This document shows, piece by piece, positions 30,872-40,171 of a stretch of 64,000 bases of DNA (the stretch's first letter is position 1; every line of letters starts with the position of its first letter). The notes under the pieces are model-generated. The model saw only the letters and a program-made list of their open reading frames with translations. It made no database searches and was not told the origin of the DNA. The position numbers and the translations under genes were made by a program. The stretch is taken from sequence record MN648445; one strand, 5' to 3'. This stretch comes from Escherichia phage FP43.

Positions 30872-31237
30872 ATGAACTACATCAACTTCGAACGCAAATA
30901 TGTTTCTAACGGTATCGCTGGTTCTTCTGAAGTTATTTGCTTATGGAAACATAAAAATGGTTCAGTATGTGAAATTGAGCAGTATATGACTCCTAATTAC
31001 GTTTATATGCGATTTGAAAATGGCATCACGGTTTCAATCACGATGGAAGGTTCCAACTTCAAAATTGCATTAGATGACGATTTCCGTCAGCGTGATTTAG
31101 GTACTCATCCTTGCTGGAATGGTGATAATCGTAAACTTCTGGTTAAAACTTGGATTCGTCATATCCTGAGTAACCGAGCTAAACCTGAACATCTCGAAGC
31201 AATCTTTGATGTAGTTCTTAATGAATTCGATATCTAA
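30872..31237 (+). CDS. hypothetical protein (121 aa)
   Basis: ATG ORF with own promoter cassette and RBS GGAGAA. Confidence 0.55.
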   Translation: MNYINFERKYVSNGIAGSSEVICLWKHKNGSVCEIEQYMTPNYVYMRFENGITVSITMEGSNFKIALDDDFRQRDLGTHPCWNGDNRKLLVKTWIRHILSNRAKPEHLEAIFDVVLNEFDI

Positions 31238-31244
31238 TTTAACT

Positions 31245-31259
31245 GGGAGCTTCGGCTCC
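31245..31259 (+). terminator. hairpin after ORF 30872..31237
   Basis: GGGAGC-TTCG-GCTCC; no clear U-tract. Confidence 0.35.
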
Positions 31260-31272
31260 TACTGAGGAAATT

Positions 31273-31887
31273 ATGTTTAAAGTTAATACTTTTTATAAAA
31301 TGAATTTTAAAAATGGGGATATTACTCCACGCCTTAAAAACATGTTCTCATATGACCTTATCGAGCCTTTTGAAGTTTTAGAAGTTACTGATGCCGGCTC
31401 AGTTTGTGAAATTAGAACTTCTGAAGGTAAAATTTATCAGGCAGGTGTCGGTAAATTCAGTAATTGTTTTACTTTAATATTCTCGACTGATTTAGATGAG
31501 CATTTTATTGAATGTCCTAACCCTAAGGTCTATGAAGTTCCACATCAAGAAATTAAGAAAAATGGACCGCACGAATATACGAAGGTTGAAACTCCTCACG
31601 GCGTGATGTGGCGTCATAACTCTCCTTTTGGAAGTAAAGGAACATTTGCTCAACTGGCTAAGCCCTACGACGATGAAAAATATGTAGTAGTCCTTTTATC
31701 TGAACAGGGTACTCAAGACCGTGGATGTCAACGAAGTGGTTTACTAAGTGAACTCGAAGCTCATAACCGAGCACGTGAATTCGTTGAGAAAAATCCTGGT
31801 TCTGAAGCTCTAGTCATGAAAGCAATTACTCAATATATCACTGCTCAACCTGTTGTTCATCCGGTAGAAATTAATTTCATTAAGTAG
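31273..31887 (+). CDS. hypothetical protein (204 aa)
   Basis: ATG ORF with RBS GAGGAAA. Confidence 0.55.
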   Translation: MFKVNTFYKMNFKNGDITPRLKNMFSYDLIEPFEVLEVTDAGSVCEIRTSEGKIYQAGVGKFSNCFTLIFSTDLDEHFIECPNPKVYEVPHQEIKKNGPHEYTKVETPHGVMWRHNSPFGSKGTFAQLAKPYDDEKYVVVLLSEQGTQDRGCQRSGLLSELEAHNRAREFVEKNPGSEALVMKAITQYITAQPVVHPVEINFIK

Positions 31888-31917
31888 TTTACATCCAAGG
31901 ACGGATTAGAGTATAAT
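31887..31917 (+). promoter_or_regulatory. early promoter
   Basis: GTTTAC 31887-31892, TATAAT 31912-31917 (19-nt spacer). Confidence 0.5.
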
Positions 31918-31943
31918 GATTTCTTTACTAAGTGGAAAAAAAT

Positions 31944-32141
31944 ATGAAATTTTTAATAGCACAAACAGTCCAATTAAAAGGTGTTGGAATTCCTGGGGTG
32001 ATTTTTAAAGTTCTCCCTGAATTTAAAACCAGCGCTGGAATTATCAATGAAGCGTATGCTGTTCAATGGGTTGATTGGACTTCTGACATACGTATGGGTA
32101 AAGAGTTATCTCCTATTAAAGGGTTGAAACATGTTGAATAA
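31944..32141 (+). CDS. hypothetical protein (65 aa)
   Basis: ATG 31944; the track start 31932 is a GTG. Confidence 0.4.
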   Translation: MKFLIAQTVQLKGVGIPGVIFKVLPEFKTSAGIINEAYAVQWVDWTSDIRMGKELSPIKGLKHVE

Positions 32142-32343
32142 ATTAATCCAGAAATTGTTAGGTACAGAAATGGTTGAAGTTACGTATCGTGTGACTGATG
32201 TAAGCCCATGGACCCGAAAAGTTGAACCATATACTAAAACAATTAAAATGCTGAAATATGACAGTGGATTATCTATCAAAGACCGTCTACCGGCTTATGG
32301 TCATTGGGCTGATGTTGAAATTATAAGTGTTAAAGATGTCTGA
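32131..32343 (+). CDS. hypothetical protein (70 aa)
   Basis: ATG overlapping the upstream stop (ATGTTGAATAA). Confidence 0.4.
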   Translation: MLNKLIQKLLGTEMVEVTYRVTDVSPWTRKVEPYTKTIKMLKYDSGLSIKDRLPAYGHWADVEIISVKDV

Positions 32344-32794
32344 GTTAGAGATAAGAAGCAATTTCAAGTGGCCGTCATGTGCATTAAGTAACTTTGCTCA
32401 ATGGCCTTTTGTTATGGATGGTATTCAATTCGGAGGTCTTGAAGGATTTCTCCAAGGATGTAAGGTGAAAAATGTTGAACAACAAAGACGTATATTTGGG
32501 TTGTCTGGATTGGCCGCACAGCAAGCTGGAAGGTCTTATGCAAGAGCTCAGGACCGTGGGACTCTCTTCTGGTTAGGAGTTCCATTTTCAAGATACTCCG
32601 AAGCGTGGAAAGAATTATACACAAATGCATATTTTGAAGCCGCGATCCAAAACAAGGGGTTTCGTGATGCCTTACAAGCCTCTAAAGGAAAAATTTTGAA
32701 GCACAGCATGGCCAGCCACCTAACAAAAGATGATACAATACTAACTGAAGATGAATTTATTGACGTGTTAAACCTATTAAGAGACTCTTTATGA
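32336..32794 (+). CDS. NADAR-like (YbiA/DUF1768-like) protein
   Basis: ATG 32336; ALSNFAQWPF..DGIQF...EGFLQGCKV resembles the NADAR signature of E. coli YbiA as recalled. Confidence 0.55.
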   Translation: MSELEIRSNFKWPSCALSNFAQWPFVMDGIQFGGLEGFLQGCKVKNVEQQRRIFGLSGLAAQQAGRSYARAQDRGTLFWLGVPFSRYSEAWKELYTNAYFEAAIQNKGFRDALQASKGKILKHSMASHLTKDDTILTEDEFIDVLNLLRDSL

Positions 32795-33606
32795 AGCCTA
32801 CTATTTTGACTGATATTGATGGTGTATGTTTAAGTTGGCAATCTGGACTTCCTTATTTTGCCCAAAAATATAATCTTCCATTAGAACATATTTTAAAAAT
32901 GATTCAGGACGAAAAATTTATTTCTCCTGGTAAACTGTTCAATACCGATGATAACCTCGGTAAACAATTAATAGAAAAATATAATCGCTCTGATTTTATT
33001 CGTTACTTAGCGCCTTATTCGGATGCTCTTCGAGTTATCAATAAACTAAAAGAAGACTATAATTTTGTAGCCGTGACGGCGCTAGGTGATTCAATTGATG
33101 CTCGATTGAATAGACAATTTAATTTGAATGCTTTGTTCCCAGGCGCTTTTTCTGAAGTAATGATGTGTGGTCATGATTCGTCAAAGGAACAATTATTCGA
33201 ACTAGCTAAAACAAAATATAACGTGATTTGTTACGTTGACGATTTAGCTCATCACTGTGACCATGCGGCAGAAATTCTTAATGTACCGATTTATTGGTTG
33301 GCCCGTGGTGAACGTGATGATATTCCTCGCACTGCACAACGTGTACACACGTGGGATGATATTGAATCTCGTTTGGTTCCACCCGAGCATAATTCAGATT
33401 CAGATCGTGAAGACCTTTTAAAACGATTGGCGGATTTGCTTAAAGAATCAGGTGCAACAAGCCCAGGTGCATGGCCTAATCAAATTGGCGCTCCGTCGAA
33501 TCCGTATACTTGGCGAACTCCAGGACCAACCGATATGCAGCCATGGTGGACGATTCAAAACTTTCCTTTAGATTCGTCCAAATGGACTTGGTCTATAAAT
33601 TGTTAA
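32791..33606 (+). CDS. HAD-superfamily phosphatase / nucleotidase-like protein
   Basis: 271 aa; N-terminal motif ILTDIDGVCL (DxDG nucleophile) and later YVDDL. Confidence 0.55.
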   Translation: MKPTILTDIDGVCLSWQSGLPYFAQKYNLPLEHILKMIQDEKFISPGKLFNTDDNLGKQLIEKYNRSDFIRYLAPYSDALRVINKLKEDYNFVAVTALGDSIDARLNRQFNLNALFPGAFSEVMMCGHDSSKEQLFELAKTKYNVICYVDDLAHHCDHAAEILNVPIYWLARGERDDIPRTAQRVHTWDDIESRLVPPEHNSDSDREDLLKRLADLLKESGATSPGAWPNQIGAPSNPYTWRTPGPTDMQPWWTIQNFPLDSSKWTWSINC

Positions 33607-33615
33607 GGGCTAATT

Positions 33616-33885
33616 ATGTTTGTAGTTCATGATATTACAGATGGCAAAAACACCACACGTGACTACGGTCATGTTAACATGTTCTTTCGAGACTGGCCGG
33701 TGTTTCGTTCAGTAAAAGACGCAGAAATATTTAAAGAGTGTGTTGAACAAGGGTTCATCTACATTTCAGAATATTATGTTGAAGGACTCGGTAAATGGAT
33801 TACCACTTATCAGAAAACGCTGAAATCGCTTCTAGATGAAGTGGCTTATAATAGAACCGTAACCAAAATCGAGGACATCAAATGA
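33616..33885 (+). CDS. hypothetical protein (89 aa)
   Basis: ATG ORF overlapping the ligase start. Confidence 0.45.
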   Translation: MFVVHDITDGKNTTRDYGHVNMFFRDWPVFRSVKDAEIFKECVEQGFIYISEYYVEGLGKWITTYQKTLKSLLDEVAYNRTVTKIEDIK

Positions 33886-35375
33886 TTTTAGATATTTTAA
33901 ACCAAATAGCTGCGATCGGTTCTACTAAAACAAAACAAGAAATCCTTAAGAAAAATAAGGACAACAAATTACTTGAACGTGTGTATCGTTTAACATATGC
34001 ACGTGGTATCCAGTATTATATTAAGAAATGGCCAGGACCAGGTGAAAGGTCTCAAGCGTATGGTCTTCTTGAATTAGATGACATGTTGGATTTTATTGAG
34101 TTCACATTAGCCACTCGTAAACTCACTGGTAATGCTGCAATTAAAGAGCTCATGGGTTATATCGCTGACGGTAAACCTGATGATGTAGAAGTCCTTCGTC
34201 GTGTAATGATGCGAGACCTTGAAGTAGGTGCTTCAGTGTCTATCGCGAATAAGGTGTGGCCTGGACTTATTCAATTGCAGCCACAGATGTTAGCATCTGC
34301 ATATGATGAGAAATTGATTACTAAAAATATTAAATGGCCTGCATTTGCCCAATTAAAGGCAGATGGTGCTCGTTGTTTCGCTGAAGTTCGCGATGATGGC
34401 GTTCAATTCTTTTCTCGTGCCGGTAACGAATACCATGGTCTTACTCTATTAGCAGATGAACTAATGGAAATGACTAAAGAAGCTCGTGAAAGACACCCTA
34501 ATGGGGTTTTAATCGACGGTGAATTAGTTTATCATTCATTTGATATTAAAAAGGCTGTGAGCTCAGGAAATGACCTGTCGTTCTTATTTGGCGATAATGA
34601 AGAATCCGAAGAAGTACAAGTTGCAGACCGTAGCACTTCAAATGGTTTAGCAAATAAATCTCTTCAAGGGACTATTTCTCCTAAAGAAGCGGAAGGTATG
34701 GTTCTTCAAGCCTGGGACTATGTTCCTTTAGATGAAGTCTACTCTGATGGCAAAATTAAAGGTCAGAAATACGATGTTCGTTTTGCTGCTCTTGAAAATA
34801 TGGCTGAAGGCTTTAAGCGAATTGAGCCAATTGAAAATCAGTTAGTTCGTAATCTTGACGAAGCTAAAGTGGTTTATAAAAAATATGTTGACCAAGGTCT
34901 TGAAGGTATTATCCTTAAAAACCGTGATTCATATTGGGAAAACAAACGCTCTAAGAACCTAATTAAATTTAAAGAAGTTATTGATATCGCTTTAGAAGTT
35001 GTAGGATACTACGAACACTCTAAAGACCCTAACAAATTAGGTGGTGTCGAACTCGTATCACGTTGTCGTCGTATTACAACCGATTGTGGTTCAGGGTTTA
35101 AAGATACAACTCATAAAACAGTTGATGGTGTAAAGGTTCTTATTCCTTTAGATGAGCGTCATGATTTAGACCGTGAACGATTAATGGCTGAAGCTCGTGA
35201 AGGTAAATTGATTGGACGTATTGCTGATTGCGAATGTAATGGTTGGGTTCATTCTAAAGGACGTGAAGGCACTGTAGGTATTTTCCTTCCAATTATTAAA
35301 GGGTTCCGTTTTGATAAAACAGAAGCGGATTCATTTGAAGACGTATTTGGACCGTGGTCCCAGACAGGTTTATAA
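33882..35375 (+). CDS. 30: ATP-dependent DNA ligase
   Basis: 497 aa; KADGAR adenylation motif; strong match to T4 gp30 as recalled. Confidence 0.95.
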   Translation: MILDILNQIAAIGSTKTKQEILKKNKDNKLLERVYRLTYARGIQYYIKKWPGPGERSQAYGLLELDDMLDFIEFTLATRKLTGNAAIKELMGYIADGKPDDVEVLRRVMMRDLEVGASVSIANKVWPGLIQLQPQMLASAYDEKLITKNIKWPAFAQLKADGARCFAEVRDDGVQFFSRAGNEYHGLTLLADELMEMTKEARERHPNGVLIDGELVYHSFDIKKAVSSGNDLSFLFGDNEESEEVQVADRSTSNGLANKSLQGTISPKEAEGMVLQAWDYVPLDEVYSDGKIKGQKYDVRFAALENMAEGFKRIEPIENQLVRNLDEAKVVYKKYVDQGLEGIILKNRDSYWENKRSKNLIKFKEVIDIALEVVGYYEHSKDPNKLGGVELVSRCRRITTDCGSGFKDTTHKTVDGVKVLIPLDERHDLDRERLMAEAREGKLIGRIADCECNGWVHSKGREGTVGIFLPIIKGFRFDKTEADSFEDVFGPWSQTGL

Positions 35376-35563
35376 TGAAAGCTTATTTAGAAACAGTTAT
35401 TGTAGCTAAGAAGGATGGTGGAGATGTTTCCACCTCTTGCTCTCAGATTATATTAGATTTTCCTAATAACGATTCCTATCATATTTTTATGGACAATTTC
35501 GATAAGTACGAAAAAGGCTCTAATTTTGAAGTTTATCGTACTTTGCTTCCGATTGTGGATTAA
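35375..35563 (+). CDS. hypothetical protein (62 aa)
   Basis: ATG 35375 overlapping the ligase stop; the track start 35354 is a GTG; followed by a terminator. Confidence 0.4.
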   Translation: MKAYLETVIVAKKDGGDVSTSCSQIILDFPNNDSYHIFMDNFDKYEKGSNFEVYRTLLPIVD

Positions 35564-35584
35564 GAGCCTTCGGGCTCTTTTTGG
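35563..35584 (+). terminator. rho-independent terminator upstream of alt
   Basis: AGAGCC-TTCG-GGCTCT + TTTTGG. Confidence 0.75.
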
Positions 35585-35618
35585 CATAAATATAAATTAT
35601 TACTAAAAGGAAAACACT

Positions 35619-37706
35619 ATGTCTGAACAATTAAATGAAGTGTTTGAATCTGAAGGCAGTCTTCCTGTCGTCAATTTGAACCCTAAAGCTAAAGTTCCAC
35701 AAGTCTGGAAAATTGGTGATATCGATACAAATATTGTAGTTCGTTTATTCTCTTACCTTTCCGAAGGCGACGCTGTAAAACAAGTTAAACTTGGCGACAA
35801 ATACGCTCATGTTGTTATTATGAGTCTGTCTGAAAAGGGTAATCTCGCTGAATTGAAAAATGGCCTTGGTCCTGCTCCTATTGATGCAATCAACACCATT
35901 TTCAATACAGTGTATGAACAGGTTAAAGCTCTTCGTATGGATGCAGTTCTGTTCCGATTCCCTACCAAGAAATTGAAAGGACGTGGACAACAACTTCAAA
36001 CTCTTCTTGCTCGTCTAGTTTCTACTAAAACCGGTGGTCGTTTTAAAGTATTGTCTGCAATGTATCAATTCACAGGTAAACACACCTATGTGATGATGGT
36101 TCGTAAAAATGCCAACATTGAAGATATTAAAGGCATCCCTAACATTAACACAGAGTTGTACACGAAAGTAGATTCTGATGTTGGCGAAGTTTATGTGAGT
36201 AAAAAGACTGGTGAAAAGGTCACCAAAGAAACGGCTATCGCTGGTTCTATTGCTGCTGTAGAAGAAAAACGTAAAGATAAGCCTGTTATTGCTCGTACTA
36301 AAATTTCTCGTCGTGCTATTGCAGCAAGTCAATCTTTAGAAGCTGACCGACAAGAAGGTGAGTTATTCCAGAAATACGAAAATTCTGCTAAAGAAGTTAG
36401 TGGCCCGGCTACAGCTGAATTACTTCCTGAAGCATATGAAATTGTACTAGCCCAAGCATCGTCCACAGCAAAAGGCACTTTAGTTGCTGATATCGAAAAT
36501 AAGATTTATAATCGTATTGATGAATCCTTTAAATTTGCCGATGAAGTTTCTTATGGTAGTGTTATTAAGCCGACTTTAGAAAAGTTTGCTAAGAAAATTA
36601 AAACTGAAAAAACAACATCTGTTAAAGCATTATCTGCTTTTGTTGAAGCTGCAAATGAAATTGCAGACTCTATTAAAGACGAATGGTTTGAAGATTTTAG
36701 ACGTGATAATTTCCAACTGCCTGACGACGTTTTAGCTGAAGTATCTGAAAGAACTTGGAAACAACGTAAATCAGCGTTCTTGTCTAATGTGATGTATACT
36801 TATGCCCGAGAATCGGCTAGAGGCACCTTTAATATAACAATGAATCGGGACCCTAAACAATACTCTGTTGCTGAAAAACGAGCTATTCGTGAATATGCCT
36901 CTTCTGCGTATACCGATATCAATAATATGTTGTTAGGTCGTTATAAACCGGATTTTTATGATGTTGCGGATGAAGATGAAGTTAAACGCGCTATTGATGG
37001 TCTTGATTCGGCGTTTTTAAATGGAGACCGTTTACCTGAAGGACTAACGTTATATAGAGCTCAGTCTATCAGAATGCCTATTTACGAAGCAATGGTTAAA
37101 AATAAGGTATTCTACTTCAGAAACTATGTTTCCACTTCACTAGCTCCTATTATTTTCGGTGGGTTTAAAGAGAACGTTGCCCTTGGACTTGCTCCTGAAG
37201 AAGTTCGCAAAGAGCTTAACATTGACAATAATGACGAAGGTGTTACTATTTCTCCTAGTCAAGTAAGAACAGCTATGCATGCACCAGAACAAATCCGTGT
37301 TAACGTTGGATGGGCTATTGATGGCGCCCATAAAGTTAACGTGATTTATCCAGGACAGTTGAGTAATCACCCTAATGAGCAAGAAATTATTTTGCCTAGA
37401 GGCATTCTCTTGCAGATAAATAAAATTACAGATGCGTCATCTGATACTGGTGCAGGTTTAGAATCCAACCTTAAATTTATTCAAGCTGAAGTTATGTCCT
37501 CAGACCAGTTGGATGAAGCCGTCATTTATGATGGTGATGTTCTCATGGAAACAGGCGAGGTGGTTGCTATGACGGGTGAAATCGAATCAGATGAGCCGGT
37601 ATCGTTCTCCTCATTTGTAGAAAAAACTAGTGCACCTAAAGGTTTGAAATTGTTAGCATCTTTAATGGATTTAGAATCAGTTCCGTTTAAATTTGTCCAA
37701 GGATAG
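35619..37706 (+). CDS. alt: Alt ADP-ribosyltransferase (packaged)
   Basis: 695 aa (T4 about 682); position after ligase, before gene 54. Confidence 0.8.
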   Translation: MSEQLNEVFESEGSLPVVNLNPKAKVPQVWKIGDIDTNIVVRLFSYLSEGDAVKQVKLGDKYAHVVIMSLSEKGNLAELKNGLGPAPIDAINTIFNTVYEQVKALRMDAVLFRFPTKKLKGRGQQLQTLLARLVSTKTGGRFKVLSAMYQFTGKHTYVMMVRKNANIEDIKGIPNINTELYTKVDSDVGEVYVSKKTGEKVTKETAIAGSIAAVEEKRKDKPVIARTKISRRAIAASQSLEADRQEGELFQKYENSAKEVSGPATAELLPEAYEIVLAQASSTAKGTLVADIENKIYNRIDESFKFADEVSYGSVIKPTLEKFAKKIKTEKTTSVKALSAFVEAANEIADSIKDEWFEDFRRDNFQLPDDVLAEVSERTWKQRKSAFLSNVMYTYARESARGTFNITMNRDPKQYSVAEKRAIREYASSAYTDINNMLLGRYKPDFYDVADEDEVKRAIDGLDSAFLNGDRLPEGLTLYRAQSIRMPIYEAMVKNKVFYFRNYVSTSLAPIIFGGFKENVALGLAPEEVRKELNIDNNDEGVTISPSQVRTAMHAPEQIRVNVGWAIDGAHKVNVIYPGQLSNHPNEQEIILPRGILLQINKITDASSDTGAGLESNLKFIQAEVMSSDQLDEAVIYDGDVLMETGEVVAMTGEIESDEPVSFSSFVEKTSAPKGLKLLASLMDLESVPFKFVQG

Positions 37707-37740
37707 TTTACAAACACATGGATGTGTGATACTATCATCC
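37706..37740 (+). promoter_or_regulatory. early promoter cassette (PeSL-like)
   Basis: GTTTAC 37706-37711, N18, TACTAT 37730-37735; GGATG/CATCC inverted repeat flanks the -10; then CAACAACATGAGGAAA. Confidence 0.6.
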
Positions 37741-37764
37741 CATCAACAACATGAGGAAAACGTT

Positions 37765-38058
37765 ATGAAATCTATGCTTCGCTTTAATGGTCAAGAACTA
37801 GTAGTTGAAGATGCTATCCCAGCGGATGATGTTTTTAACGAAGCTGTGATTGACGAATTGAATCGAGTATTCCCGGGTGCATTCCATATTGCTATGGAAC
37901 CTCTTAAAAACTTTCGTGACCCTGAGCACACTGATCAAATTTTTATCGGTGTACTGACAGGTCATTTAGAAACAGAGGTACCAATGGTCGTATTAGTTAA
38001 ATACTCTAAAGATGATACTCCATTCCGAGCACCAGCATTTCTTTCATTCCGTAAATAA
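37765..38058 (+). CDS. hypothetical protein (97 aa)
   Basis: ATG 37765 with promoter cassette and RBS; the track start 37693 overlaps alt. Confidence 0.5.
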   Translation: MKSMLRFNGQELVVEDAIPADDVFNEAVIDELNRVFPGAFHIAMEPLKNFRDPEHTDQIFIGVLTGHLETEVPMVVLVKYSKDDTPFRAPAFLSFRK

Positions 38059-38062
38059 ACCC

Positions 38063-38090
38063 CTAAAGGGAGACAACGTCTCCCTTTTTT
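38063..38090. terminator. bidirectional terminator between ORF 37765..38058 (+) and gene 54 (-)
   Basis: AAAGGGAGAC-AACG-TCTCCCTTT flanked by A-run and T-run. Confidence 0.75.
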
Positions 38091-38091
38091 C

Positions 38092-39054
38092 TTATAGACC
38101 TAAAACTCTTGAGGTAGAATTCACCATACCTGTCATTGTGTTTATATTAGACACACCTCCAGCGGTCCCACCTAATCTAGAAAGTCTTGATACTGCACTT
38201 CCTAGCCCAGAATCATTTTGATTATTCCCAAACATTCCTGAAACGCTACTAATAAGTCCTGATTCCAGCCATTCTAAAGCAGCCTGTCTATTTACAGCAC
38301 CTGATTGCATAACGCGATAAGCAAATGTTACATCAAAAACTGTTATCTGATTATCACCATCATACGTTAACTCAGGAGAAGAGACACTAACAGGAATACA
38401 TCCAGTGAACATGACAGCGGTATGTGGTAAACCATTTCGCGCATGTAAATTAACCTGAATATCTGCTTCGACGTCTTGTGGTAAAGCGCGAAGACCTGTT
38501 ACAGGGTCTTGGACCGAGTTTACCCAGTCTTGCATTGCTCTAAAGTTAGATGCTTCGGAATCCATTCTAAAGCTTATTACTAATGGGTCCATTTCTCTGC
38601 CGGTAATTCGGATGTTCGGGGAGTTATAGTTGAAATCCGTTTCATAAGATAATCGGTTCTCAGGCATTTTTACAGAATAAATCATTAAACCTGTATTATT
38701 ATACGCCATATTGAAGAAGTCTATCAGATAAGATCCTACCGTGAACTCACCTAACAAGCTTTGTACCGTACGTTGGCTCATTGCTCCAATCAGATATTTA
38801 CTTATACCTGATTTTCGAATTAATTTCTGTGTTCCTGCTGTAATCAGGGTTGTTACGCCCTGATTGATATCACCTTGAGTTAATCCTAACCAATCAGAAT
38901 CCAACCCTAAGTTATTATAAGCAAAACTACCAATTGACGAAATTAGTGAAGATGATTTGGTCGATGGCGTAGTAGCAAATACACAACTAAACATATTGTT
39001 TCGTTGGAAATCTGCATTTATAGCTTGGTTATTAAATTCTTCTAAAGAGTACAT
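38092..39054 (-). CDS. 54: gp54 baseplate tail tube initiator
   Basis: 320 aa as in T4; gene order. Confidence 0.85.
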   Translation of the reverse strand: MYSLEEFNNQAINADFQRNNMFSCVFATTPSTKSSSLISSIGSFAYNNLGLDSDWLGLTQGDINQGVTTLITAGTQKLIRKSGISKYLIGAMSQRTVQSLLGEFTVGSYLIDFFNMAYNNTGLMIYSVKMPENRLSYETDFNYNSPNIRITGREMDPLVISFRMDSEASNFRAMQDWVNSVQDPVTGLRALPQDVEADIQVNLHARNGLPHTAVMFTGCIPVSVSSPELTYDGDNQITVFDVTFAYRVMQSGAVNRQAALEWLESGLISSVSGMFGNNQNDSGLGSAVSRLSRLGGTAGGVSNINTMTGMVNSTSRVLGL

Positions 39055-40163
39055 TAGAAAGTCCCCGCATAAAGTGAAGAACGGTTTAATGTAATAATTT
39101 CTCGCATTGTTATCTCTAACGTAAATGTTGACGGTAAGTTAGGAGCAACAGCGAGACCATTAAATTGTCCATTTGGAGTTTTATCAAAACGTACACTTTG
39201 AATTTGACATGGGCCAAATACATCAGTTAACCCGTCAAATTTAGATGTATAACCAAAGTTTTTAACCATCCAAATTGTAGGGTTGCTTACAACTAATACA
39301 TTTGTTAATGACGCAGTAATCTTTTCAAACAATGTCTTATTTTTTACTGCATCATCTGGCGTCATAGGCTCAATAAACGTTGAACGGTACCATTCGTCTA
39401 AATAACTTTTAATCTCTTGGGCGTACTGTGATTTACCGGTCTCACCATATGAGAAATAGTTAAAATACTGGTAAATGTTTATAATAGCCATAAGGTCTTC
39501 AGTTGAACGTGGAGTTAAATCCCATGTAAAGACTTTAGTACGGTTCTCAGCACCGCCATACATACTACGAGAAGTCGTATAAATCTGTTCGTTATTATCG
39601 GCCATAAGCCCTTGAGTAATAGAATCTAATGCACCAAAGACTGCAGTGGAAGCAATGTTACTTAAAACACCTGTAGCAGTACCTCCACCTTTAGTAATAA
39701 GGCTATCACCGATATCATTAAAACGATGCGAAGTTGTATCAACGTCAGATTTGGAACGTGGCAAAAGTATATTAGCAACAGGAGTTTTATTTATAGTAGA
39801 CTTATTAGCTCCGGCAGGAAGCAATCCATTTGAGAATTTAGTCACTGCATCTTTCACGTTATCAGTTAAATCTGATATGATACCATTAGATGAAGTCCCG
39901 GCGTATGCCGGACGTAAATTCCTGAGGGATCCTGAATCGCGTGCAGACATATTGTACGCGGTAAATAATAATCCATTCTTATAAAGGTCTGTTACCTGGA
40001 AGTCTCCTGTGGAGTCATTTCCGGCTGCTCTTCCTGTAGGAAATTGAGCAACATAAGTTTTAGTAGTTGTTTCGGTTTTAGTGCTTTGCCCAGCACTTTC
40101 TGAGACTGGGATTGCTTTATTTAAATCCTTTGCATCTACTACTATTTCTTTTACACTAATCAT
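39054..40163 (-). CDS. 48: gp48 baseplate tail tube cap
   Basis: 369 aa (T4 364); gene order. Confidence 0.85.
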   Translation of the reverse strand: MISVKEIVVDAKDLNKAIPVSESAGQSTKTETTTKTYVAQFPTGRAAGNDSTGDFQVTDLYKNGLLFTAYNMSARDSGSLRNLRPAYAGTSSNGIISDLTDNVKDAVTKFSNGLLPAGANKSTINKTPVANILLPRSKSDVDTTSHRFNDIGDSLITKGGGTATGVLSNIASTAVFGALDSITQGLMADNNEQIYTTSRSMYGGAENRTKVFTWDLTPRSTEDLMAIINIYQYFNYFSYGETGKSQYAQEIKSYLDEWYRSTFIEPMTPDDAVKNKTLFEKITASLTNVLVVSNPTIWMVKNFGYTSKFDGLTDVFGPCQIQSVRFDKTPNGQFNGLAVAPNLPSTFTLEITMREIITLNRSSLYAGTF

Positions 40164-40171
40164 AATAATCC

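Noticed and set aside
35591-35598. TATAAATT upstream of alt as a late promoter
   Set aside because: 7 of 8 match to TATAAATA; position is right for a late alt promoter but the final base differs, so not called.
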